The notes under the pieces were generated by a model that was given only the letters and a program-made list of their open reading frames with translations, was not told the origin of the DNA and searched no databases. A stretch of 62,303 nucleotides of DNA, filler included. It is 5 parts of 5 records of this genome, joined end to end, with 100 filler letters (N's around TTAATTAATTAA, not from the genome) between each part and the next. Parts side by side here need not be neighbours in the genome. Positions count along the whole stretch, not along the records: positions 40,245 to 62,303 come from SRR31156797_3254; 4 more parts are not named here. One strand, given 5' to 3'. How positions within the stretch are numbered: position 1 is the first letter of the stretch; every line of letters begins with the position of its first letter. Positions 52,364 to 62,303 of this stretch are shown here, piece by piece. The position numbers were made by a program, and so were the translations under genes.

Positions 52364-53203
52364 CTATCCTAAAAATAAATGAGATACAATTAATCCATAA
52401 AAAATAATTCTTGTTAAAAATACACCAAAAAGACTACTTATAAATGCCAATTTGAGTAATATACTGTTTGTATTAGGAAGCAATGCTAAAACTAATGCAA
52501 GTCCATTTAATAAGATTCCCCAGCTAATAAGTATTTCATAGTATCCGTCAGTCATTGCAAAAATATTTTTTATAGCATCAACTTGGATATTCCCTAAATG
52601 GAAAGTATATAAAGCTAGAGATAAAGTAAACAATACAAAACCAATCACTGCTACAATCATTGCAACACCTTTTTTATCTTTTCCAAAAAATGCCATATAA
52701 GCAAATGAACCTAGTAATATAGCAGAAGAGAAGAAAAGTATAATTGTTAAATTTAGATTCCAAGTTGGGATTGTCTCTGCCATAGAACCATAAATATTAC
52801 TCATAGCAAAAAGCATAGCAAAACCAATAATAGGTAGAATATAAATTGCAGATTTTAATCCTTTAAATAAAATAATCAATGCAATTAAAACCATAAGTGA
52901 TAAGCCAACAATTTCTAATGGAAGCCAAGAGATAACCCATGAACCATCTTGCATAAATCCAAAAATTCTTGTAATCATATATGGAGCATGCAAAGGGTCA
53001 CCTAAGTGAAATATAGAAATAACCATTGCCAATAATGTTAATGCCAAAAATATAATTGAAAACTTTTTATATGATGATTGCTCTTTTTTTAAACTAATAT
53101 TTCCATTAATTGAATATAACAATGAAAAACCAACAGCACTTTGTGCAATTACTGTAAAAAGTATAAGAGGAAGCTCCTCAATAAATGAATTAAACAATGT
53201 CAT
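52364..53203 (-). CDS. dmsC: DMSO reductase anchor subunit
   Basis: 'ELPLILFTV..Q...G', 'FHLG.P..A', 'SWLPLE', 'RIIFY'. Confidence 0.85.
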   Translation of the reverse strand: MTLFNSFIEELPLILFTVIAQSAVGFSLLYSINGNISLKKEQSSYKKFSIIFLALTLLAMVISIFHLGDPLHAPYMITRIFGFMQDGSWVISWLPLEIVGLSLMVLIALIILFKGLKSAIYILPIIGFAMLFAMSNIYGSMAETIPTWNLNLTIILFFSSAILLGSFAYMAFFGKDKKGVAMIVAVIGFVLFTLSLALYTFHLGNIQVDAIKNIFAMTDGYYEILISWGILLNGLALVLALLPNTNSILLKLAFISSLFGVFLTRIIFYGLIVSHLFLG

Positions 53204-53843
53204 AACTCACCTCCGAATAGTTTTGTGGAATATGTGCTTCCCCTGTACCATTTTCAGAAGGTTGCGCATTTTTTTCTGGTTTAATACATAGATTTGGTCT
53301 TGTTTTTGTGTATTTTGGAAGTGGAGCAACACTAGCTATATGTCCATGTTTTTCTCTTAAATCTTTAATAGAACCAGCTTCAAGTGCTCTAAAAGGACAA
53401 GCCTCAACACAAGTTGGTTTTTGATTTGCTTCTAACTTCTCAATACAACCATCACATTTACTCATATGCCCTTTGTGTTCATCAAATTGAGGAGCTCCAT
53501 AAGGGCAAGCCATTGCACAGGATTTACATCCAATACATTTGTCAGCGTCAACTGTAACAATCCCATAATTTCCTTTATGCATTGCACCTGTTGGGCATGC
53601 TTTTGTACATGCAGGGTCGTCACAATGATTACAAGACATAGAAGTATAATAAGTGAATACATTTGATTCTTGAACAGCTCCATTTTCTCTTTGTATCCAA
53701 GAACCACTTTCATACTCAGAAATTTTTCTAAAACTCACACCTATTGAAGATTGTTTATAATCTTTGCAAGCTAGTTGGCATGTTCTACAACCAACACATC
53801 TTGTTTGGTCCAAATAGAATCCAAATTGTTTATTTTTTTCCAT
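53190..53843 (-). CDS. dmsB: DMSO reductase Fe-S subunit
   Basis: Four 4Fe-4S Cys groups; 'CVGCRTCQLACKD', 'CNHCDDPAC..ACP'. Confidence 0.92.
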   Translation of the reverse strand: MEKNKQFGFYLDQTRCVGCRTCQLACKDYKQSSIGVSFRKISEYESGSWIQRENGAVQESNVFTYYTSMSCNHCDDPACTKACPTGAMHKGNYGIVTVDADKCIGCKSCAMACPYGAPQFDEHKGHMSKCDGCIEKLEANQKPTCVEACPFRALEAGSIKDLREKHGHIASVAPLPKYTKTRPNLCIKPEKNAQPSENGTGEAHIPQNYSEVSYDIV

Positions 53844-53854
53844 GATAGTTCCTT

Positions 53855-56266
53855 TTATGCTCTATATTTTTCTATTTCTACTAATACAGAGTGTTGTGGG
53901 TTTGCTTTAGAAATAGCAGTTGGTTCAAGGTTTGTTAAAGTGTTAATACAACCTCCAACATCAATTCCATTTACATTTTTATACCATCCACCTTGTGGGC
54001 AAGATGTAACTCCAGGTAAGATTTTTGGAGTAACTTTTACTTTCAGTAATATTTTCCCATGGTGGTTATATACAAGTGCGTCATCTCCTGTTTTAAGAGA
54101 TCTTTTTTTAGCATCTATTGGGTTTATCCATAACTCATTTGGATTAATCTCTCTTATTGCAGCACTTTCCCAGAAGCTTGAGTGTGTTCTACCTTTGTAG
54201 TGATATCCAAACATTTGAAGTGGATATTTTTTTCTAAGTGGATCTAATGGTCCCTCTTTTGCATTTACAAACTCAGGAAGTGGAGTGATTTTTTGCCCCT
54301 CTTTTAGAATCCAAGTTTTTGCCATAGTATCAAGTTGTGTACTATAAATCTCAATTTTTCCTGTTGGTGTTTTTAATGGGTTTGATTCAGGGTCTTTTAC
54401 AAATTTTTCATGCATGATAAGAGGTTTTTCATATTTTGGAAATTTTAAAATACCCATTTTTTTCATCTCTTTAAAAGTTGGCATATCTGCATTATCTTTA
54501 AACTTTTTATTCCAAAGATGTTCTAACCATTGAACTTGTGTTCTTCCCTCTGTAAATTTGTTTTTAAACTCTTCTCCACCAAGTTTTTCCGCTAGTTTTG
54601 TACACATATCGTATACAGTCATAGTTTCTCCAATTGGTTCAATTGCTTTTTGTGAATAGATAATATATGGTCTATCGTTTGAGTATCCAGCACTTGATCT
54701 TACAAAATCTTCTTGTTCTAAAGGCGTTGCATCTGGAAGAATAATATCTGCAAAATTATTACTTGAAGTTCTCGTAACATTTACATCAACTATAAACTCA
54801 CAAAGAGATTCATCTTCAAGAATTTTTGCAGTTTTATTAGTATCACTATGTTGGTTAATTAAACAGTTTCCACCTGTATTTAAAATAAATTTTACATTTG
54901 ATTTTAATTGTTTAGTGTTTTTAATTCCATCAGTAATATCTTTCATATCTTTTCCTCTTACTATGGCATCTGTCCATAGAAAACAAGGGATAGAATCTTT
55001 TATTGGGTTTTTATATGGTAGATGAGCAGGTTCAATCCAACCTGTTGTATGTTCTCTTCCTCCAGGATTTGTCCCTGCATAACCTATATTTCCAGTCATT
55101 GCACTTAAAGTTGCAATTGCTCTTGCTGATTGTTCACCATTTGCATGTCTTTGTGCTCCCCAACCTTGACCAATAAAACATGGTTTTGTATTTGCAATTT
55201 CTCTTGCTAGTTTGATAATAGTTTCAGCAGGTACTTTTGTGATTTTTTCTGCCCAGAAAGGTGTTTTTTCTGTATGGTCTTCACCTCTACCTAAAATATA
55301 GTCTTCATAAGAGCCATTTGAGGGAGCACCTTCAGGTAAAGTATCTTCTGTAAATCCAACACAGTATTTGTCTAAAAACTCTTTGTTATGTAGGTTCTCA
55401 GTTATCATAACATGTGCCATTCCTGCAATTAAAGCTGCATCTGTTCCTGGTTCTAATGGAACCCATTGGTCACATGCTCCTACTAAACTGTCATTGTATC
55501 TTGGGTCAATATGGATTACTCTAGCTTTGCTTTTTTCTAAAGCAGTTTTATAAGCATAACCAGTTCCTCCACCACTCATTCTTGTTTCAACTGGATTGTT
55601 ACCAAACATTACAACAAGTCTTGAGTTCTCAACTTGCATAATATCGCTACCTCTATGAGTGCCATAGAAATATTTTAGAGCATTTGCAATTTGTCCTGTT
55701 GAATAAGAGTTGTGATAATTTAAGTATCCACCATAAAGTGACATAAGTCTCATCCATGGACCTTTTGTGCATCTATTCATAATTGCACCAGTTGTACCAG
55801 TAGCATAAGGGATTAATATAGCTTCATTACCATATTTATTTTTCACCTCTTCAAGTTTTGAAGCAATAGTAGTTAAAGCCTCATCCCAAGAGATTCTAAC
55901 AAATTTTCCTTCTCCTCTTTTCCCTACTCTTTTAAGAGGATATTTAAGTCTATTTGGATTATAAACTCTAAATCTATTTGACCTACCTCTAAGACAGGCT
56001 CTTACTTGATGTGAACCAAACTCATCTCCTTGTGTGTTGTCTGTTTCTATATGATGAATTTTCCCATCATTTACAAAAACTCTAATAGGACATTTACTAC
56101 CACAGTTAATAGTACAACCTGCCCATTTTATTTCATCATAAGAGTTTTGATTTTCACTCTCTTTTGAACTTGCAAAACCTGGTATTGGTAATACAGATGT
56201 AGCAGCCACACTACCTCCAATTGCACCACTCCATTGTAAGAATTGTCTACGACTTACTTTATGCAT
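53855..56266 (-). CDS. dmsA: DMSO reductase-type molybdoenzyme catalytic subunit (DmsA/YnfE family)
   Basis: Tat signal SRRQFL; CTINCGSKC...ACLRG; Ser ligand 'SYSTGQI'; AGGAG RBS before ATG 56266. Confidence 0.92.
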   Translation of the reverse strand: MHKVSRRQFLQWSGAIGGSVAATSVLPIPGFASSKESENQNSYDEIKWAGCTINCGSKCPIRVFVNDGKIHHIETDNTQGDEFGSHQVRACLRGRSNRFRVYNPNRLKYPLKRVGKRGEGKFVRISWDEALTTIASKLEEVKNKYGNEAILIPYATGTTGAIMNRCTKGPWMRLMSLYGGYLNYHNSYSTGQIANALKYFYGTHRGSDIMQVENSRLVVMFGNNPVETRMSGGGTGYAYKTALEKSKARVIHIDPRYNDSLVGACDQWVPLEPGTDAALIAGMAHVMITENLHNKEFLDKYCVGFTEDTLPEGAPSNGSYEDYILGRGEDHTEKTPFWAEKITKVPAETIIKLAREIANTKPCFIGQGWGAQRHANGEQSARAIATLSAMTGNIGYAGTNPGGREHTTGWIEPAHLPYKNPIKDSIPCFLWTDAIVRGKDMKDITDGIKNTKQLKSNVKFILNTGGNCLINQHSDTNKTAKILEDESLCEFIVDVNVTRTSSNNFADIILPDATPLEQEDFVRSSAGYSNDRPYIIYSQKAIEPIGETMTVYDMCTKLAEKLGGEEFKNKFTEGRTQVQWLEHLWNKKFKDNADMPTFKEMKKMGILKFPKYEKPLIMHEKFVKDPESNPLKTPTGKIEIYSTQLDTMAKTWILKEGQKITPLPEFVNAKEGPLDPLRKKYPLQMFGYHYKGRTHSSFWESAAIREINPNELWINPIDAKKRSLKTGDDALVYNHHGKILLKVKVTPKILPGVTSCPQGGWYKNVNGIDVGGCINTLTNLEPTAISKANPQHSVLVEIEKYRA

Positions 56267-56309
56267 GATATCTCCTTCTGAATCATTTATAAAAGGAATC
56301 TTACAAAAA

Positions 56310-56340
56310 AAAGTTAGCAAAAAGTTGTCAGTATTAGCTA
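56310..56340. promoter_or_regulatory. 11-bp-period direct repeats (OmpR-type site)
   Basis: AAAGTTAGCA / AAAGTTGTCA between dmsA and the divergent two-component system. Confidence 0.5.
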
Positions 56341-56399
56341 AGGAGAAAAAATTATTTCTAAGCTATTCTGGATATAATAAAACAAAAAAGTGAATTGAG

Positions 56400-58571
56400 A
56401 TGAGAGTTTTATTTTTAATAGTTTTTATATTTGTAAGTATATCTTTTGCTACTATGAGTAAACATATACTGGTACTTCAGTCTTATAACAAAGGTTTGTT
56501 TTGGAGTGATAATATTTCTAAAGGGATTGAAGATATTCTACTTCATGAAAAACATTATGAAATTACTACAGAGTATATGGATACTAAGAAAAACAATGAA
56601 AAAGACTATTTAGATTCTTTATATAAACTATTTTACAAAAAAATGGAAAAACAAAAATTTGATGCAGTTATTGCAGCTGATAATGAAGCTGTAGAGTTTG
56701 TATTTAAAAATAAAGATATGTTATTTAAAGATATACCATTGATTTTTTGTGGAATAGATAAAAGAGATCCAGGAATAGATATCCAAAAAGTTTTAGATTC
56801 AGGAATTACTCTTATTTTAGAAAGTAAAGAGATTGCAATAAATGTAGACTTTATACTAAAAACTATGCCAAACTTAGAATATTTATATATACTAAATGAT
56901 TATACGGGTGCATCTATTTTAGTAAATCATAGTTATGAAGAGCAAGCTCAAAAAGTTAGAGAGTTGGGAATAAAAGTTAAAGTTGACTTTGAAGGAGATT
57001 TGGAACAAACTAGGAAAAATATTTTGTCTTTACCTAAAAACAGTGCAATTCTTTTTGGGTCTCTTTTTAGAAATAAAGAAGGAAATTATATCCCTTATTA
57101 TGATGTGAATACTTTGTTAAACCTATCAAAAGCCCCAGTATTTGCTGTATCAAGTGGTCATTTTGGAAAAGGTGTTATGGGAGGATACCTTTTAGGAGGA
57201 TATGATTTAGGAAAACAATCTGCAATAGAAACAATTAAAATACTTGAAGATAAAAAAACAAAAAATATTGAGCCTATAGTTGTTCCTGCTAAATGGAAGT
57301 TTGATTATAAGGTTTTAAAAAAACATCATATTCCTATTGTAAAAATTCCAAAGAATTCTGAAATTATAAATTTGCCTAAAAGCTTTTTTGACAGGAATAA
57401 AAAACTTGTAGAGTATGCCTTTATTCTTTTCCCATTTTTGTTATTATCTTTGATTTTTGCAGTTATAAACAACTATCAAAAGTATAAACTAAGTCAAAAA
57501 CTAAAAGCACAAAGTGAATTGCAAGAAGTTTTACTTAACAATATACAAAGCTCAATTTTTTGGATAGATAAAGATAATAGAGTAAAAGGCTGCAATAACT
57601 CCTTTTGTAAGTTATTAAATTTAAAAGAGAAAAATATTATTGGGGAAGAGATATGTAAACTCTTTTCGGTAATTTGTAATCTTTCAGTAAAAGAATCAAT
57701 AGAAAAACTAGAGGAAATAGAGTTTCGTCTAAAAGATAGAATCTATAGATTAAGAAGTCAAGTTTTTTTAAATGAACAAGGTAAAAATAGTGGTATAGTT
57801 TCGATTATAGTTGATATTACAGAGAAAAAGCAGTTAGAAGTTAATACTCAATTTATAGTACAGCAATCGAAACTTGCAGAGATTGGTGAAATGCTATCTG
57901 CAATAGTACACCAATGGAAAAATCCCCTTGTGGAACTTTCGGCAGTTGCTCACAAAATTATGTATTATGGCAAAAAAAATAAGCTTACAAGTGAAAATAT
58001 AAAAGAGTTTTACGACAATATAATGACTCAAACCATATATATGAGTGAAACAATTGATGGCTTTAGAGATTTTATTAGACCCTCAAATAAACCAAAAACT
58101 TTTAATGTTGATACAGGATTAACAGAGGTTTTATCTTTACTTTCTCACTCATTAAAGTTTACTCATATTGAACTTGATTATAAAAATAACTCGAAAGAGG
58201 GATGCTTGGCTTACGGTTATCCAAATGAGTTTAAACAAGTAGTAGTGAGTATAATAAACAATGCAAGAGATGCCATAGTTGAAAAAAAAGGTAGAGATTC
58301 AGAGTTAAAAGGGGAAATAAAACTAAGTCTTTATAAGTGTGATGATGAAATAAAACTCTATATAAAAGATAATGGAATAGGTATAGATGATGAGGTTAAA
58401 GAACAGATCTTTAATGCTTTTTTTACAACAAAATCAAAAGGGGATGGTTTTGGTTTATATATGGCAAGACTGATTATTGAAGAAAAAATGAATGGTAGAA
58501 TAGATATTGAAAAAGAAGATGATGGTACAAAAGTTTGTATACATATTCCAATTAATGAGAGTATTAAATAA
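56400..58571 (+). CDS. Sensor histidine kinase with periplasmic ligand-binding domain and PAS
   Basis: 'ILVLQSY...WS', TM, PAS, 'HQWKNPL', 'DNGIG', 'GFGLY'. Confidence 0.9.
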   Translation: MRVLFLIVFIFVSISFATMSKHILVLQSYNKGLFWSDNISKGIEDILLHEKHYEITTEYMDTKKNNEKDYLDSLYKLFYKKMEKQKFDAVIAADNEAVEFVFKNKDMLFKDIPLIFCGIDKRDPGIDIQKVLDSGITLILESKEIAINVDFILKTMPNLEYLYILNDYTGASILVNHSYEEQAQKVRELGIKVKVDFEGDLEQTRKNILSLPKNSAILFGSLFRNKEGNYIPYYDVNTLLNLSKAPVFAVSSGHFGKGVMGGYLLGGYDLGKQSAIETIKILEDKKTKNIEPIVVPAKWKFDYKVLKKHHIPIVKIPKNSEIINLPKSFFDRNKKLVEYAFILFPFLLLSLIFAVINNYQKYKLSQKLKAQSELQEVLLNNIQSSIFWIDKDNRVKGCNNSFCKLLNLKEKNIIGEEICKLFSVICNLSVKESIEKLEEIEFRLKDRIYRLRSQVFLNEQGKNSGIVSIIVDITEKKQLEVNTQFIVQQSKLAEIGEMLSAIVHQWKNPLVELSAVAHKIMYYGKKNKLTSENIKEFYDNIMTQTIYMSETIDGFRDFIRPSNKPKTFNVDTGLTEVLSLLSHSLKFTHIELDYKNNSKEGCLAYGYPNEFKQVVVSIINNARDAIVEKKGRDSELKGEIKLSLYKCDDEIKLYIKDNGIGIDDEVKEQIFNAFFTTKSKGDGFGLYMARLIIEEKMNGRIDIEKEDDGTKVCIHIPINESIK

Positions 58572-59215
58572 TGAAAATATTACTACTTGAAGATAATATC
58601 AGTTTAGCTGAGATTATAAAAGAGATGTTTGAAGAAAAAGGTCTTAAAGTTGACTGGTTTCAAGATGGACAAGAAGCATTATATGCGATAGTAAATGGTT
58701 ATGACTGTTTTATTTTAGATATTCATGTACCAAATATGAATGGCTTGAGTTTGTTAAAAGAGATTAGACAAAGAGATAAAAAAACACCTGCAATTATTAT
58801 AAGTTCGAATATTGAACTTGAAACAATACAAAAAGCATATTTAAGTGGTTGCAACGACTTTTTAAAAAAACCTTTTTATATTTATGAATTAGAGTGTAAA
58901 GTTGATTTATTGTGTGAAAAAGAAAGTTTTGTTAAGTTTGAAAATCAATTTTTATATGACCCAAATGATGAAGTTCTTTTGGATGAAAATAAAAAAGCTA
59001 TAAAGTTAACACATAAAGAAATAAGGTTTCTTACTCTTTTATCTAAAACACCAAATAGAACTGTTAGTTTAGAAGTTATTGAACAATATGTTTGGGAGGG
59101 TGAGATTGTTGGAATATCTGGGATCAGATCTCTTGTAAAAAGGGTTCGTTCAAAAACTTCAAAAGAAACAATAAAAACTGAAAATTATGGATATAAATTA
59201 GTTTCTGCAAATTAA
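58571..59215 (+). CDS. OmpR family response regulator
   Basis: 'LLLED', 'LDI.VP', 'KPF', winged helix 'LVKRVR.K...GY'. Confidence 0.9.
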   Translation: MKILLLEDNISLAEIIKEMFEEKGLKVDWFQDGQEALYAIVNGYDCFILDIHVPNMNGLSLLKEIRQRDKKTPAIIISSNIELETIQKAYLSGCNDFLKKPFYIYELECKVDLLCEKESFVKFENQFLYDPNDEVLLDENKKAIKLTHKEIRFLTLLSKTPNRTVSLEVIEQYVWEGEIVGISGIRSLVKRVRSKTSKETIKTENYGYKLVSAN

Positions 59216-59216
59216 A

Positions 59217-60290
59217 TTAGCTACTAATAGCAGCTAATTTTTTTGCAAGAGTAAGTAACTCATCTTTTTCATTTAGTCCTTCTATAAATCTTTTTGGAAT
59301 ATTGTTTATTCCAACTTGCGCACCAATTAAAGCACCAGTTAAAATAGACCTAGCAAGATTTTGTCCTCCACCATTTAAAGCATTTAAAATTCCACTTTCA
59401 AAATCATTTGAAAATCTAGCTGAAAGATAATAAGCTGATGGCAAAATATGATAAATAGCACATGGCATACCATAAACCAAAGAGACTTTCCAAGCAGGCT
59501 CAATTTTTATATCTTTGTCCTTTGCAGCTTGAGCCATATAAGATGGAGAAAGAAGTGCATCAGGAGAAGCAAATGAACCTACAACCCTTTTTTCTTTTTT
59601 ATCTTTATCTGGCATTTGAAGATTTCCTGATGTTACAGCATGAAAAGGTAAAGTTTTATTTTTAACAAGTTTCATCAGTTTTGTAGATATATTTTCATCT
59701 AACTTTTCACCTTGAATAAGTAAAGCTAAAACAGAACCATAAGCAACAGTCATAGAAGTAACTGTATCATCTACTTGTGTCTGGTTTGTATTTTCTGCAA
59801 TATTTTTTGCAAGATTTTTTAAATCATTTGCATACATTACAGCAATTGCTAAAGTTCTCTCAATAGCTTCAGTTGTGTCGGCATTGCTTCCCACTTTGTC
59901 CCAAGGTTTTTTCTCAACTACTCTTTGTTTATATACCTCTCTTATTGATTGTGAAGTGTATCCTCCTGGTCCAGAAATAGCAGAACCATCAATTTTACTA
60001 AACAAATCTTCTTCAAGTAAGTTGCAAAAATCTTGGTGGTCATATTTGTTATTTTTCAATAAAGATTTAATAGTTAATTTTAGTATATATCCAGCTTGTG
60101 ATAAATCCCCAGCTTTTAAACCCTCATGATATCTTCCTTTTTTAGGAGATGTATAATTAGTTATCCATTCACCATAATCTTTATGTTGTTCATCTAAATT
60201 ATAATACCAATGTGGTCCTAAAGCTAATGCGTCTCCAATAAATGCACCCATAATAGAACCAATAATTCTATCCTCTTTTGTGATATTCAT
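59217..60290 (-). CDS. ADP-ribosylglycohydrolase family protein
   Basis: 'GAFIGDAL.LG.HW.Y', 'NGGG...R..LTGAL.GA..G...IP'. Confidence 0.85.
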   Translation of the reverse strand: MNITKEDRIIGSIMGAFIGDALALGPHWYYNLDEQHKDYGEWITNYTSPKKGRYHEGLKAGDLSQAGYILKLTIKSLLKNNKYDHQDFCNLLEEDLFSKIDGSAISGPGGYTSQSIREVYKQRVVEKKPWDKVGSNADTTEAIERTLAIAVMYANDLKNLAKNIAENTNQTQVDDTVTSMTVAYGSVLALLIQGEKLDENISTKLMKLVKNKTLPFHAVTSGNLQMPDKDKKEKRVVGSFASPDALLSPSYMAQAAKDKDIKIEPAWKVSLVYGMPCAIYHILPSAYYLSARFSNDFESGILNALNGGGQNLARSILTGALIGAQVGINNIPKRFIEGLNEKDELLTLAKKLAAISS

Positions 60291-60536
60291 AAAAAATCCT
60301 TTGTTGATTTATAATATATCTTGTTTTTTTTAAATAGGGGTGAAAAATTATTTATAGAAAGAATGTTTTTTTAGTACAAAAGCTTTGAAAAATTATTAAA
60401 TAATATCTTTAAAATTGTGACAGAAGTTTTAAAATTGCTTTAATAACAAATTTGATAGACTTTTCTTTAAATTATATTTATATTAATAAAAAATAATAGT
60501 TTCTTTATTATTAGTTATTTTAAGTTAGGGTTGAAC

Positions 60537-62303
60537 TTGAAGCATTTATATTTACTTTTATTATTTTACTTCCCTTTATATTCTAACACTAATGATATAC
60601 AAGCAGAATATTTAATCAGACTTAATACAAACGAAATTCTTTACATATTAGCTGGTCTTTTAATAATTATAATTACCTCAATCTTATATTTCAATAGAAA
60701 AATCAGAAAAATTCTTTTAGATAGTACTAAAAAACAAAATATGTTACTAGAACTTTTTGATAAAGGTGATGTAGTTTTATTTAAATGGAACAATGACAAA
60801 GGCTATAGTGTTGATTATGTTTCTAAAAATGTATATGAACTTTTGGAATATACTCAAGATGAATTTTTAAACAATCATATATTATTTGACAACTGTATTT
60901 TAAAAGAGGATGAAAAAAGAGTTGATGAAGAACTTGAAAATTTTAAAAAAGATAAAAAAAGTTTTTTTAGACATAAACCTTATAGAGTTGTTACCAAATC
61001 AAAAAAGATAAAATGGATTTTAGATAGTACAATTATTGTAAGAGATGCACATGGGAAGATTATAAATTATTTAGGGCATATAGTTGATGTAAGCGAGCAA
61101 ATAGAGATTCAAGAAAAACTAAAAGAGAGTGAAAGAAGATGGAAGTTTGCAGTTGATGGAAATGGAGATGGTTTGTGGGATTGGAACATCAATACAAAAA
61201 AAGTATTTTTTTCAAAAACTTGGAAAAAACTTTTAGGCTTTGAAGATGATGAGCTAGAAAATACCATTGAATCTTGGGAAAATAGAATTCATCCAAACGA
61301 TTTAGAAGATGTAAAAAAAGCTGTATCAAAACATATTAAAAATGAAACTTTGCAATATAAATTAGAATATAGATTGTTGTGTAAAGATGGAAATTATAAG
61401 TGGTTTTTAGATAGAGGAATTGTTGTCGAAAAAGATGAAAACAATAATCCAATTAGAATGATTGGAACTCATAGTGATATAGATCAAAATAAAAAATTAA
61501 TACGAAGAGTAGAAGCTTTAAAGTTTAGGTTTGAGAGTATGTTTATGAATCACGATGCCATAATGCTTTTAATCAATCCTGATAATGGAAAAATTATTGA
61601 TGCAAATTACAGTGCACAAAAGTTTTATGGATATACGCATGAAGATTTTGTTTCTATGTCAATCAATGATATAAATAGTTTAAATAATGAAGATACAAAA
61701 AAGAAAAGACTTGAAGCAAAGAAAAACAAACATAATTCTTTTAAGTTTATTCATAAAACAAAAATTGGAGAGGAAAAGATTGTAGATGTGAACTCTTCTC
61801 CTATTGAAACTGATGAAGGGATAATTCTTTTTTCAATTATTAAGGATGTGACAAAAGAAAAAGAGATAGAGAAAAAGTTCTTAAAAGAAAGAGATTTTAT
61901 AAACAATATTTTTGAAGATGCAAATGCAATCTTTTCAGTTATTGATAGTTCTGGAAGAATGATAAAACTAAATAAATATGGTAGAGATTTTAGTGGATAT
62001 AGTTTTGAAACTTTAAGTAAAGAGCCATATTGTTGGGATATTTTAATCCCAAATGAGATGAGAGAAAAAGTAAGAAGTATTATAAAAAAAGCTATAGAAG
62101 GGAAGTCTTTTGAACATGTTGAAAATGGTTGGATTTCTAAAACAGGAGAGAGAAAACTTTTTGAATGGTCAAATACCTTAGTAAAAAAAGAGGATGGAAG
62201 TGTAGACTATATAGCTTCTATTGGTATTGATATTACAGATAAAAAGCTTCTTGAATCTCAATCAAAACTTGTTTCAATGGGTGAAATGATAGGAAATATT
62301 GCT
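60537..62303 (+). CDS. Multi-PAS sensor histidine kinase (runs off window end)
   Basis: Open frame from TTG 60537; 'GLWDWN', 'RIHPND' PAS motifs; ends 'SKLVSMGEMIGNIA' just before the H-box. Confidence 0.85.
   Translation, partial: MKHLYLLLLFYFPLYSNTNDIQAEYLIRLNTNEILYILAGLLIIIITSILYFNRKIRKILLDSTKKQNMLLELFDKGDVVLFKWNNDKGYSVDYVSKNVYELLEYTQDEFLNNHILFDNCILKEDEKRVDEELENFKKDKKSFFRHKPYRVVTKSKKIKWILDSTIIVRDAHGKIINYLGHIVDVSEQIEIQEKLKESERRWKFAVDGNGDGLWDWNINTKKVFFSKTWKKLLGFEDDELENTIESWENRIHPNDLEDVKKAVSKHIKNETLQYKLEYRLLCKDGNYKWFLDRGIVVEKDENNNPIRMIGTHSDIDQNKKLIRRVEALKFRFESMFMNHDAIMLLINPDNGKIIDANYSAQKFYGYTHEDFVSMSINDINSLNNEDTKKKRLEAKKNKHNSFKFIHKTKIGEEKIVDVNSSPIETDEGIILFSIIKDVTKEKEIEKKFLKERDFINNIFEDANAIFSVIDSSGRMIKLNKYGRDFSGYSFETLSKEPYCWDILIPNEMREKVRSIIKKAIEGKSFEHVENGWISKTGERKLFEWSNTLVKKEDGSVDYIASIGIDITDKKLLESQSKLVSMGEMIGNIA

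Overview
This window is not one genome. It is five contigs joined by artificial N-run/TTAATTAATTAA linkers. (1) 1-12969, very AT-rich anaerobe-like DNA: accessory genes, a diguanylate cyclase, an AraC + sulfoquinovosidase (YihQ-type) pair and two tandem YcgR-N-like paralogs. (2) 13070-24906, Desulfobacterota-like: MarR, a DUF318 permease pair, a hidden UGA-containing mini-ORF, amidase, comM and a GldA/F/G-type ABC system. (3) 25007-32192: feoA-feoB-fur with a Fur box, pcm, PAP2, an acyl-CoA ligase and heptamer repeats. (4) 32293-40144, Desulfobacterota-like: an Fe-ADH/histidine kinase/sigma54 regulator module, and a papain-family protease with a C-terminal dockerin followed by a cohesin-like PEP-CTERM protein. 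(5) 40245-62303, Arcobacter-like: tRNA-Cys with a ~6.2 kb integrated phage-satellite-like element, a candidate sRNA, eptA-pap2-dgkA, dmsABCD and two-component systems. The most interesting signals are the cohesin-dockerin/PEP-CTERM protease pair, the possible selenocysteine mini-ORF with its own promoter, the satellite that combines a rolling-circle Rep with TerS, and the structured sRNA. Taxonomic and family assignments come from motif recognition only; no searches were run.
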